Assembly (NCBI GenBank): GCA_021613535.1
Contig: CP075493.1
Span: 2,046,001-2,110,000 of the forward strand
Reading direction: 5' to 3'
From: Adineta vaga
Lineage: Eukaryota; Animalia; Rotifera
DNA: 64,000 nucleotides
Part shown: positions 11,034 to 23,700 of the stretch, piece by piece
Numbering within the stretch: position 1 is the stretch's first letter
Layout of the letters: each line of letters opens with the position of its first letter
Position numbers and translations under genes: made by a program
Notes under the pieces: model-generated
Seen by the model: only the letters and a program-made list of their open reading frames with translations
Told to the model about the DNA's origin: nothing
Database searches by the model: none

Positions 11034-12020
11034 GGCAAAGCTGGATCTACTGAAAAAGCAGAAGAAGTTTTTCAGCAGCATTCATCAATAGATCATGCTG
11101 TCTATGGAGCAATGAGTCAGATTTTAGCAGAAATTTTGTTGAACAGTTTCATCGTGTTCCATCCAAATATATTGAAGAACCAGCGAATGTTTCTGTTCTC
11201 AGTGCTTGCTCACATTCGACACTTATCGACGAAGCTCGATCCATCCTCAGCAATATTCAAAACAAAACAGAACGTGTATATACTGTCATGGTAATGATAA
11301 TGAGCGATACATTTTCTTTCTATCGCTCAATATTCTGCTAATGTCTATTTTCGCAGGTTGATGTTCTTAGTCGAACATTTCTTTTCGAAGAAGCTGAAGC
11401 ATTGATCAATGAGTACGAACAAACTCATTCACCTTTATCGCAAATGTATAGTGAGTATATAGTCGGATCTGATTTAAAAATAAATTAGAAATGATGAGTT
11501 TTCAATTGGTAGCTGTGACTCTTTTTCTATGCATTATATTCAGTGGCTTTAATAGAATAAAACAATTATTTTTGATATTCGTTCAGAAACAAAACTTATA
11601 TTAAGTGATAGACAGTGCTCATAAAGATGAATAAACGTTCTCTGTTGGTTGCAACTGATAGAATAACTTCTCTTTAATTACAAACAAATATTTAAACAAA
11701 ATTGCTTTTCTTTCTTGTCTCATCTTGTGTGTAGTGGCATTATTGCTTTCGTGAAAACTGCGGAATTCTCTGAAACCGACTAATGCCTCACCGGATTGTC
11801 CGATCTGGAATTGGATGGAATTTTGTCGCGAATCCCAACACAAAAATGATTCAATTGACAAATAACTTGCGAGCATGTGAAGATTGTCCTAAGTATTTGA
11901 TGAATCTTTGTTTTTATTTTCTAATTATCTATATCATAGATCATGCAACAAAATTGATTGCTGCGAATCGAATATACCATTTTGGACCCGATGGCGTTTG
12001 CTGATGCACCCATTTGTTTC
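11034..12020 (+). pseudogene. Decayed PPR-(E)-DYW cytidine-deaminase-domain gene
   Basis: Spliced fragments: GKAGSTEKAEEVFQQHSSIDHAVYGAM; VSVLSACSHSTLIDEARSIL...VYTVM|VDVLSRTFLFEEAEALI; and the DYW-like IGWNFVANPNTKMIQLTNNLRACEDC|HHATKLIAA-NRIYHFGPDGVC*C. Lesions: 5' truncation, internal deletions, no HxE motif, donor mutated to CTAAGT at 11889, and TGA inside the terminal CSC motif. Confidence 0.85.
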
Positions 12021-13638
12021 TTCAGTTTGTGTCGATGTGTTTTCCTATTTTCTGTGTATGTTTACATAAATCAGCACTTGAAGAAGCATGAATGAAGTGT
12101 ACCAGAGTTGAAGAGATTGAATGTGAGAAATGTGAGTGATTCGTATGAGTATCTGGGTGGTTTTGCTGTAGTATAGGTATGAATGAGGGCAATCGTTTTT
12201 GAGTTAGAGTCTTACTGACAGTTGCAGCTTATCTATTTTCAACATCAATTTCAGATTAGATTTATTGTATGGGTTATCTGTATAAATTCAAATCCAGAAT
12301 TGTTGTATTATCGTCGTTGATACAATATTATATATAGCTGTTGATCGGAAATCTAATACGAAATAAAAGCTTTTTTTTTCGTGCTCAAATAAACTTGTAT
12401 GCTCTGCTTTATATGCTTATGTTCGAAATAAATATTCACAATTAATATTCATCTACACCGGTTAGATAGTAGTCCATAACGATTTACAGTTATTGTAGCC
12501 GTCTGTGTTGACTCAATAAAACAAAAAATGTGTTATTTCTAACAACGATAATATAAAAAGAAAAATGGATTAGAAAAAGGATCTGTAAATAAAAGAGATG
12601 TTCATTGGTTAGTATTTTTCAGCTCAACTATTTCTTCATAACTTAAACTTTATATAACTAATTACTTCTCTAAAATAGACAAAAGAAAACAGATCATTAT
12701 TCGTATGATACAACATGTTGTTCGCATTTATTCAATTGAAAAATGTTATTAATACTCCATCCGGTAACACTGATGAATCTATCGACTCTATTACTCATAA
12801 TGGCGATAAAGTAATAATGATTCAATTGATCATTATTAAAGATTAATTTTGACTAATTATTTGAGAAGATTTTTTATTTTCAGTGTCGAGCATATTAAAT
12901 ACAATATTTATAAAGACCATTCGTAATGATCTGTGTCATTTCCAGAATCATAACCACAGTTTGTTATACGCTTTTTTTTTAGTCATTAATGCGTACGGTA
13001 CATTATCGATATTTTTCCTATTTGAGTTTAACCTATCTCATTAGGTAGTGACAACTGTTGAAGTGACACCTATTTGTTGTGAAGAAGAAGAAACCGTCTT
13101 CTAATCTATTCGAGAAAAAAAAATGACCAATAATGAAACAGAGCTGAAAACTCCGTTCGTTCGCTTGCCATTCTATATGATAAATATTTGCAAAGAAAGA
13201 GAAGCAGAAGAGAGTTCGTTTCATGCATATTTCATCTTTTGAAGATGAATAATGAATACTAATTTTAGTCTAATCAAAATGTTTTTTCTTTTCGTTCTAA
13301 GATAATATATTATCTATTTCTGAAAAAATCTTTCATTTGATTAGACAGACTCTCGGAGTCTTGGTAACTAAAATTATTGATGAATGGAGTCGTGAATTTG
13401 ATGAATTTAGCTATATTATATTATCTAGAAATATGATTTTTGAAGAAGCTGGAAATACAAATGACAACAAACCACTTTTTCTAAAGGCCACCAATCATTC
13501 ATCCTGTACTATTTATATTATTTCTAGAAGATAGTAGTCACTTTATATGGAGTCGACCGGTTAGAAAAGAAAGATTTTCCTTTAACGTTCTGTTCTGTTC
13601 TGTTGGATCTTTTGTCTGGTATTTTTAGATTAAAAACT

Positions 13639-14028
13639 ATGAGTCAACAACAACCATCAGGTGAACAAGGCGATTTTCTAGCTGAAGCTCAACTAGCAAT
13701 CAACGATGTTGGTGATGGTATTGTTGCTATTAAACAATTATCCAAACGTTTAAACAATCCTGATGATATTTCAACAGCTTATATCAATATCAAGTCAAAT
13801 AAAAATAAAGAATTCTGTATTGAATTATCTCCCAAAGGTTATCGTATAGTTGGTAATCAATTCGATGATAAAAGTCAACCATCAACAGTCATTTATGAAT
13901 CTCTCCAGGCACTTTTAACAAATGAATCGAAATCATATGTCGATAGTTTTGCTGAAAGTTTACAACAAAAATTGTTTGCAGCACAAAATGAACTACAACA
14001 AGAACAAAATAATGATGAAGATGACTGA
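13639..14028 (+). CDS. GSKIP: GSK3B-interacting protein (GSKIP/DUF727 domain)
   Basis: EAQLAINDV...AYINIKSNKNKEFCIELSPKGYRIVG...YESLQALLTNESKSYVDSFAESLQQKL matches the GSKIP pattern. The ATG at 13639 follows a splice acceptor at 13627-13628. Confidence 0.85.
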   Translation: MSQQQPSGEQGDFLAEAQLAINDVGDGIVAIKQLSKRLNNPDDISTAYINIKSNKNKEFCIELSPKGYRIVGNQFDDKSQPSTVIYESLQALLTNESKSYVDSFAESLQQKLFAAQNELQQEQNNDEDD

Positions 14029-14158
14029 CATTAAAACACTTTGTCTTCGCTTTTTTTTCCATAATTTTGATCTTGTATATTTGATTGGATTTTAACGAAA
14101 AAGAAAATTATCTAGATTAATTTTGTTTGATTTCTTTAGAAAGAACTTTTGATTCTAC

Positions 14159-15526
14159 ATGGATCATCGAAAAGTTGCACCGATGGAAATGTATTCTGTT
14201 GTTCGACATCAGATGGAATTCTATAAAAGTGTTCTTTGTTATCTTCGATTTGATATTCCAGCATTTTCTCTTTCACAATGGCAAACTCGTATTGAACAAG
14301 CAATACGTTTAACTATTGATGCTCAGCCACGTTTACGCCTTCAAGTTGACATTTCACGAGCACATCCCTATTACATCGTTTTACCTATGAATGTATTCAA
14401 TACATTACCAATTCAGATTATCGAAAGAACGAATAATGATAATGACGAAGAAAAAGAATTCTTAGAGACTGTTTTAACTGATGAAACGAATCGTGGTTTT
14501 AAGTTTACACCAAATTTACCTTTATGGCGTATTGTTCTTATTGTTTCATCTGGTGGAAATATCTTAGATTTCATTTTTACATATAGTCATGCATTAGGTG
14601 ATGGAATATCGGGAATGTCTTTTTTCACGAGTATTGTTCGCTGTTTAACCGAAAAATCGATTTCAACTTTTCCATTGGATAAAGATCAACCAGCGAATGA
14701 ACTATTGCCATCAAAATTACCTTCATTATCTTCATTAATACCTAAAATTATAGAAAATCTTATTCTACCAGCTTGTCTTAAACCATACTTTTTCCCGAAA
14801 ACATATTGGGCAGGAAATATTCATCTAACCGGTGATGAATCTAATCAAACTCGTTTAGTATCATTTCAATTACCAGATTCTTCACTGGATTTGTTGCATA
14901 AAAAATGTCGACTAAAACAAATAACAATTCATACTGCTCTTTTAGCTTCTTTTCTTCTCTCTGTAGCAGATATATTTGGCAAGAAAGATATGGAATTTTA
15001 CTGTACATCAGCAGTGGATACTCGTCGTTTTTGTCAACCAATTGTTTCTAAAGAACAAATTGGTGTTTTTGTTTCAGCTGCACCCAGTCATCATTACATT
15101 CCACATTGTGAACATTTACTCGAGCTCTTCTGGCCATTAGCTTGTCAAATCAAAGAACAAATCAACACAGGAATCGAAAATGAAATCATCCAATTAGTTC
15201 AATCCTTAAAATATGTTTCGGATTGGAATACGATGTTAATTAATCATCGAAAAACATTACCAAATGGATATCAAAATTCAGTTGAAATATCTAATCTACT
15301 TCGTTGGACATTTGATACGAATGATCAACCATGGAAAATAGTTCATGGCGGTTTTATACAATCAGCAAATCTTATCGGTGGGCCATTTGCATTAAGTGTA
15401 GTAACGGTGAACGATATTTTAGAAGTTAATATTACGTTTCAAGAACATACTTTTGAAAGTATTGAACAAGTGAAATCGATAAGAAATCGAATGAAAATGT
15501 TTTTATTAGATGCTATTTCGCTATAG
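14159..15526 (+). CDS. Intronless CoA-dependent acyltransferase (alcohol acetyltransferase / condensation-domain-like, HxxxDG)
   Basis: 455 aa. Contains PLWRIVL...FTYSHALGDGISG (the catalytic HxxxDG motif), CRLKQITIHTALLA, AVDTRRF and EISNL, which resemble the fungal AATase / PapA-like fold. Confidence 0.8.
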   Translation: MDHRKVAPMEMYSVVRHQMEFYKSVLCYLRFDIPAFSLSQWQTRIEQAIRLTIDAQPRLRLQVDISRAHPYYIVLPMNVFNTLPIQIIERTNNDNDEEKEFLETVLTDETNRGFKFTPNLPLWRIVLIVSSGGNILDFIFTYSHALGDGISGMSFFTSIVRCLTEKSISTFPLDKDQPANELLPSKLPSLSSLIPKIIENLILPACLKPYFFPKTYWAGNIHLTGDESNQTRLVSFQLPDSSLDLLHKKCRLKQITIHTALLASFLLSVADIFGKKDMEFYCTSAVDTRRFCQPIVSKEQIGVFVSAAPSHHYIPHCEHLLELFWPLACQIKEQINTGIENEIIQLVQSLKYVSDWNTMLINHRKTLPNGYQNSVEISNLLRWTFDTNDQPWKIVHGGFIQSANLIGGPFALSVVTVNDILEVNITFQEHTFESIEQVKSIRNRMKMFLLDAISL

Positions 15527-16003
15527 AACAATAAATTATTCATTTTTTCAATAGCTCAAAAAAAATGTTGATAACTTATAATTATCTCATCTAATGACAA
15601 ATGCATGCGAGTTAATTACAGATCATGAAAATCACATATTCAAAGGAACGAAAGTATAATTTTTATTTCTTTTTAATGTGTGTACTGGCGTCATCTGTCA
15701 GTTATATTCTCTTATACTGTTCGTTCGTTTGTATGTGAATGGAAAAAAGAAAAAAGAAAAAATGGGCACGCTGCCTATCCTGCCCGCTCGGTCGCTCGTT
15801 CGCTCTGATATTCACTCATTCATTGATTGGATCTGCTATATCTCGTCTTTTCTTTCCACTAGACACATCGATCACTGTTTGACCTATTCTATTCATTCTT
15901 CTTCTTTCTCCAAAGTTTAACTCGACGAGATAACTTCCTTTACAACGTATTCCTTTGCAAATACACAGAAAACATTCTTATCTTTTTCAGATTAAAGAAA
16001 AAC

Positions 16004-17169
16004 ATGGTGAATACATCATCCAAAAAACGTTCTCAGGAAAACATGTCCAGTAGTGAAGAATCTGAATCAGAAAATGAATTTCAAGTTGAAGCTATCGTTG
16101 ACAAACGTACTCGAGGAAAAAAAATACAATATCTTCTCAAATGGAAAGGTTATGCCGATGCAGATAATACTGTAAGTTATCCATGCATACGTTTGATTGC
16201 AAGTGTTTGACCGTACTTGATTTTTCACTCATGAATTAACATAAATTGAGAAGATAGATCATCGTATTGATTGTCTTATTCTTTTCTAGTGGGAAGATAA
16301 AGCGAATTTAAACTGTCCAGATCTAGTTCGACAATTTGAAGAAAATTTCAAAAAGAAAACAAATGAAAAGAAATCGAATGGAAAAAGTGAATCGAAAACA
16401 AAACGAACAACGAAATCGAAAAAAGCTAAAATGGAAGCAAGTGAAGAGGAGAACCAGAGTGAAGAAGAACCATCCATCAATAATGATACTGAAATCGAAA
16501 AAACTTTTGAAAACGAAGTTAGTACTGAACAAAACGGTACACATGATGATACTTCAATAATAAATAATGATGACTTAATTGAAGAATGTCGTCTTCTATC
16601 AACATGTAAATCATTCAAAACATATTTTCTAATTATATATTTGTTTTGGTTTTTGTTTCCATTTAGCTAAACTTGAAGATACGAATGACGGTATCACAGA
16701 AGAAATCAACGAATCTATTAGTGACAAAAATGAAATCACAAATGATGATGACGATAAAAATAATAATAGCATTGAAGTATTAAGTAAATCTTCACCAATC
16801 AAAGAAACTCTTCCAACTGAACAAACAAGCGAACCACCAGTTAATCTTCGTCTTCGTATTACACCAAGTTCAACATCATCACCATCAATAACATTAAACG
16901 ATAGTGATAATAATAATAATACAAATGAAAAGTCCTCTATGGAAAATGGAATAAATATCAGTCACGAACAAGATCTGTCAGACACGATCAATGATGATGA
17001 GGAACCAGTGGATAAAATTGAAGGTGTCCGAAATGATCAAGATGGTATATCTTTTCGAATCAAACTATCCGGACAAGATGAAACACAATGGATGTCAGCG
17101 AAAATTGCTAATCGAAAATATCCTCAAGCTGTTATTGCCTTTTGGGAAAGTCATGTCGAATTTACATAA
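16004..17169 (+). CDS. HP1-like chromobox protein (chromodomain, long acidic hinge, divergent chromoshadow domain)
   Basis: Chromodomain FQVEAIVDKRTRGKKIQYLLKWKGYADADNT|WEDKANLNCPDLVRQFE across intron 16172-16289. Shadow-like C-terminus KIEGV...WMSAKIANRKYPQAVIAFWESHVEF. Confidence 0.88.
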
Positions 17170-17798
17170 TAGACTTGAAATTAAAAAAACTTGCTTGCTT
17201 TTCTTTGTACATAGTTTGTATTTTTCTCTTTGTATATATCTATAGATTATCAATGGGTATTAAGTGTAGCATGTTAATCAATAGAATTCTATGTGTTGTT
17301 CTTACGCTAAACGTTTCGTCTTATTTGTAATAATTGTTCATTTCTTTCTTTCTTTCCTTCCTTTTTTGAAGAAAACAAAAATCATAACTTAAAATTATAA
17401 GGAGAGGAAATACTAAGCGTTTTTTTTACGCTCTTTGGATTAGATTTGTTTTAATTTTAAAAGAACAAATAAACAGATGTGTGTTCAAGACTTATCTTTA
17501 AACTTAAAATCTAAAAGATAATCTAATTTCTACTTGTAGTCATTAATTATGATAAGCAAAATAATTTCTTTTCTATTCAAACATAAAGAAAGAAAAAAGA
17601 TTGATATGCAACTGAGATACAATGAAACACACACACACACACACGAAAGATGCGTCGACCGGTGCAGCATTATTCGGAAACAAGCGAATCAGATTTAAGT
17701 ATTTTTCTTTCAAGAAGAATTTATCTGACAGAAACCATCTGTCTGTCATATATATATGAGTTAGTTGATGTTTGATTACTGGACGGAATGAATATTTG

Positions 17799-20700
17799 CT
17801 ATTGATGCGTTGTTCGATTCATGCGAGATAGATTACCATCAGTAGAATGTTGAAATTGTTTTGATAATGATGATGATGATGAAAGAGTAGAATTTTGATT
17901 ATCATTTCGTTTATAAGTTGGAGAAAGATGTGTTTGTTGTTGTTGATGATGATTGCCATTCGTTCTTCGTAAACGTGCTGGAACTGTATTTGAACGATGA
18001 TGAGATATCGTCGGACTTAATCGATAGATTGTTTCTGTGCTTGTATGAGCGCTTATTGGAAGATTGTCTTTAGGATTGTTATCAATTGAACGAGATTTTG
18101 ATAAAAGACTATCCGATGTCGAAGCAACAATTGATGAAAATGATGAACTTCTTATTGATGGATTTGATTTAACTACAAACAAACAGATACATTGAGAAAG
18201 TAGAATATACAAACAGACCTTGATCTGCATTTTCTTTTGTTGAAATGATCGAATGAAACGTAAAATTTGGTGGTAATGATAATTGTTTCGTCAATGGAAA
18301 GAAATGTGTATGATTATCATTGAGAAACTTAAAGAAAAGAAAAAAAGATTATTTTGAAGAGAAAGAATGAATTATTTAATTACATCTAATTCTTTATCAT
18401 CAAGTAATGGTTGTTCAACATAATTTCGATCATGTGCATCAGCTTCTAATTGTCGTTCGATTTCTTCATCAATTTCTGCATCATCCGCCAACATACGATT
18501 CGATTCCTAATTTCAAAAACAAAAAACAATACTGTAATATCAACTCAGCTGATTCGATCTACTTACATCGAGTTTTTTCATTAAGACAGCAACAACAACA
18601 TTGACAAGAACGAATTGAGCCATAAGAACAAAGATAACAAAGTAAACTGGAGCTATAGCAATCATAAAATGATTTTTAGTAGCATGTGGAGGATCATCTT
18701 GACGAAGTGCATCCTGAACAAATTGAGAACGATTTTCATGTCAATTTCTTTCGATTTTTTACGAAAACTTACCTTCATAATTCCATTCCAATTATCCCCA
18801 GTTGCAATACGAAATAGTGTTAAAAATGCCATACCAAAATCTTTAAAATGTGCATGTTTATCAAGTCCAGTACAGGGACGTTCTTCGCTACATTCTAATT
18901 TGCCAAATAATTCAACACCAAGTGCCGCAAATATGAAGAAAAGAAGAAAGAATAAAAGACCCTAGTGATTAAAGGAGAAAACAACAGATTATTTTTCTTT
19001 CATTAAATTATAAAATCTACCAGATTTCCAACTTGAGGAAGAGCTTGAATGACAGTATCCAATAAAGCTCGAATGCCTTTAGCCATTTTTAATAATTTAA
19101 GCACTAAAATAATCTATTAAATCTCAGATTTCAAAACGAAATTCAATTCATACCTCGTGCAATTCTCATCACTCGCATTACACGTATCAGTGTTGGATTA
19201 ATCGGAAGTATATGTCCACTTTTCATTTTTTCCATCACAATACCCGCAATTGATAGAACGACAATTACTGTATCCAATTGATTCCATCTAAAATTCATTC
19301 ATATGAAATTTTCAAACTAAATTCTTCTTCTTCTTTTTTACTTTTCTTTAAAATAACGTAATGGTCCTAGTGCAATTATTTTCGATATGGATTCAAGTAT
19401 GAACACACTGGTAAATGCAAAATTACAATAATCTAAAGCCGTATCAATTTCCTAAATGAAAACTAAATAGTCTTGCTCTGAAAAATGATTGAATCATAAC
19501 TTACTGCTGGCATTAAATAAAATTCTAATGACATTGTCACAACATTTAAACCGATGACAGCTGCAATAATTAAATCGAAATATTTACTACTACATATATC
19601 ATGTAAACGTCGTCTCCAAGGTGAAAAATGTGCATAATACGGTATTTCACGCATTCGTCGTCGTTTTCGTTCAATTTTCTTTGCACGTTTAGCTGTTCGT
19701 CGTGCTTTTTCTTCGCGTTCTTGTTCCGCACGACATTTATGAAAATTTTCCACAACAACACCAACGAACATATTCAAGACAAAGAAGCCAACGAGTAATA
19801 AAAATGAAATAAAATAAACTAATTTTGGTTCATTATAATTTCTTATCGGTTGTCTATCAATATCAACAGCATCAATACCATTGTACATGATTTGAACCCA
19901 ACCATCACGTGATGATAGAACGAAGAGAGCAAGTAATGCCTAATCGATAGACAAACGATTCATTTAAATTGAAAAACAATGAACATTTTTGTTTTCACAG
20001 TGAAAAAACTTACTTGACCTAAATTATCAAAATTATATTGCTGATTTCTCCAACGATGATCGGGCATATCTAAACATTGTTGACGTGTTGTAACATTACG
20101 AGCAAATGGACCTTCACAATAATAAAATTTGCCTTTGAAAAGCTGAAGACAAACGAGATGAATACATTGATTTCTATGAAAAAAAAGCATAATTACCTGA
20201 ACACCCAAAATACCAAAGATAATAAAGAATGTACAACAAATAACGACTATATGACCAATAGGTCTTAATGATGACATTAATGTTTGTACAACAAGTTTAA
20301 GACCTGGTGCTCGACTGATAACTACAAATATAAGATTGAATATAAGATTAAAAGAAAGAATGAATGAATGAAATATCGAACCTCTTAACGGTCTTAATGT
20401 TCTCAAAAGACGAAAAACTCTTAACATGCTAAATATTCGTGTTGTTGCATCTGATTCTACGCTTGGTGTTGCAGTAGGTCCACGATTCATTGTTAATAAA
20501 TCCACAATAGATATAACAACAAGTGAACCATCCATAACATTCCATCCAGTGTGTAAATACGTATTTGATCCACATACAAATCCACAAGCAATCACTTTTA
20601 TCATCATTTCAATCGAAAAAATCACTGTAAATATATAATTTGTAATATTTAAGAATTGTCGTTCCTAAAAACAAAAGCATTTTTCTTTCCTTATCAATTG

Positions 20701-23700
20701 TATATCCAGAATTTGTTTATACATACAGTACTATGTGTTGGAATAGATGGACGTTCCATAGCCAGTGTTATACAATTGAGTGCAATGAAGAAAAGAATTG
20801 CATAATCAAATGATTTCTTTACAATTAATCGTTTTAAAAGTTGACGAAATCTAAATATATGTTCAGTTGATTTTCTTTCTTCTTTCGAAAATAAAATTTA
20901 CCGATTTTCAGGTGAAAATAAATAAAGTGAATAATGATTACGTTTTTCTAAATATTTGAAGAATTGTTCGCCACAAAGACGAGTAAAACATGATTGAAAG
21001 AACTAAAATTAACAAAACGATGAATTCATTTGATTGTTTTCAATTAGAAAAATTTACTCCTTGTCGAGTTTGAATGTTGTTTTCTGTGAGATCTACTTGC
21101 ATATCACTTTGATCATTCATGATAGTTTGCATAGCAAGATCAGTATCAATAATTAATCGAATAGAATTGTCAAAAGTTTGATTGTGTTCAGGTGTACCAT
21201 AGATACTTGGTGTTTCAATTTGTATAATTGGATATGTAAAATCATCGAATGATAATCGACGTTTTGCTATTCGAGTAGAATTTATTGATCTATCTTCTTG
21301 AATAAACGAACATTTTCTTGATGATGATGATGATGGTTGAGAAGAATTTACTCGTCGTACAGGTTCTAAGAAATTTTCGTACTGTCGATTGCTATGTTCA
21401 ATCGTTGAATGTGTTCGAGGTTTATATAAACATGCTGGTCGTTGATTTAATGCATTATCTGAAGGATTTTTGACGACAGCTATTGTATAACTTCGTTTCA
21501 AAGGAGTGACTATTTTTGAGGATTGATCGATTGATGGATCACGTGATGAGTCGAAACATGTATGAAAACTTTGACTTGTTATTGATGACGATGGTGATTG
21601 TGGTTGTGATGAACGTGTTTTAATTATTGATTTATATGGTGATGAAGTCGAATTGGAAAACGTATTCAAACGTGTTCGAGTTTCAAGAATATGTAAACCA
21701 GAATCATCTTCATTACTAATGGCAATTCGAGGAATACTCATAATTTTCACTTCTACATATAAAGATAAAAGAAGAAAGATTTAGTGAGATTTAACTCGAT
21801 CAATAGAATTGATTTACCTCGAGGTCGTGGAGGTTTATTTTCTTGATTACTATGTTTATTACTCGCTGTTTCATCGGTGACTATTTCATGTGGATTAGCT
21901 GGTACTTCAATATCACCTGTAAAGAGCGCTTGTGTCTAAAGAGAAAAAGAAGAATCTTCATTAGTAAAAGTAATTCAAACATTCTTTCTTACTTTGAATG
22001 GATCAGCTTTTGCTAATCTATCTGTACTACTTCCAACTTCGGAAGCACCACTACCTTTCTACAACAGACAAAAACATTAGACTATGATAATCATAGAAAC
22101 AAAACTAATGTTTACTTCTGTAGAAAATCCTTCGACTAAGATAGCAACCAATAAATTAAACAGTACATAGTTTCCAAATGTCATCAATGCAATAAAATAC
22201 AAAGCTGCCCAAGCACTTGTCTTTTCCATTCCATTATAAAGTACTTCATTCCAATCCTCTTGTGTCAATACCTAATTGTAAATTACACATTTATTATCAG
22301 AAAAAAATGACATTCTAACAAAAAACAATCAAACATACAAAGCAGGATTTTGAAAAAAAAATAGTGCAGAAGAAAAGCGAATACTGACTATTAATCCAAG
22401 GTTAAATCATTCTCTTTATTTTTCTCTATGCATGATTATCTATACCTGAAAGACAGTTAACACTGCGCCAGTTAATGTATCAAAGTTTTTTCTCTGTTGT
22501 ACACAAGCTAAATCTTTGAGATTAGTATGATTTCTAAGAATCTCATATTCACTACATGTACAACAACGACATTTCTTATTTAATCCTTGTCTTGATGTAA
22601 GATTCACTGCTTCAACTGTACAAAATTCACCACCGAACAAATGCATACCAAGAATACTATAGATACACATAGAGAGATGCGACAGTAAAAGACAGTACAT
22701 AAAGCGAAGTGAAAAAAATTTGTACGAAAAGTGATACAATATTTAGTAGATCTATCTTATTACTTGAAAGACTGTTAGAATTGCCCAAAGAAGTGAATCG
22801 AAGTTTTTTCTCGAACATTCAAATTCCAAATTTTTACTATGTTTTACTTCGATATATTTGCAAAATTTGCAGCCAAATAAATTCATACCCAAGATACTGG
22901 AGAAGAAGGGTTATTTTATTTATGAATTCGATTTGATAAGTGAAAGAATAATTTAGGAAAATAGTGTCGACTAAGACTTACCTGAAAATGAAGATAAACA
23001 GGAGTAATAAGGAGAAAAATGTAGCAACATTATCCATAGTTTTCAGCATAACAACCTATTAGAGAAAAAGAAAAACCAAACGATATAGTTTTTATAAAAA
23101 TAAATGTTATGAAATTGAACAACGGATAGTAATTTCATATCAAGTAACTTTTGTGTCATTTGAAATTGAAAATTTAATTGAATGATGATAATTGAATGAT
23201 GATAATTCGAATGAAATTTACATTATCAAATTAAACAGAGACTATGCGCATGAGAAAGTACTTTGATGATTGATCACATACGATCAAACAAATTTTTAAA
23301 AAAGGAATCTTTCTTACCAATTGTCTTCTTAATGTTGGCATAAATCTCACAAGTTTCAAAACTCGTAATAATCGAAATGTTCGTAATACTGACAATCCAC
23401 TATTCTTATGTCCTTGTAATTCAATTACACTCATTAAAACAATTCCTCCATCGAATAAATTATAAGCATTTTTAATATATTTTAAACAACCATCGGCAAT
23501 AATTTTTAAGATCATTTCAATTGCAAATAATGAAGTAAAAACTAAATTCGAATATTCTAATGCATTGGTTAATTCAATTGGTTGACCATGATATTCAATA
23601 CCCATCGAAAGTGTATTAACAACAATGGCTGAAAGTACAATTCGACGAAAATATTTACTTGCAACAAAATTTGATACATGTTTTTGAATGAATATAAAAT

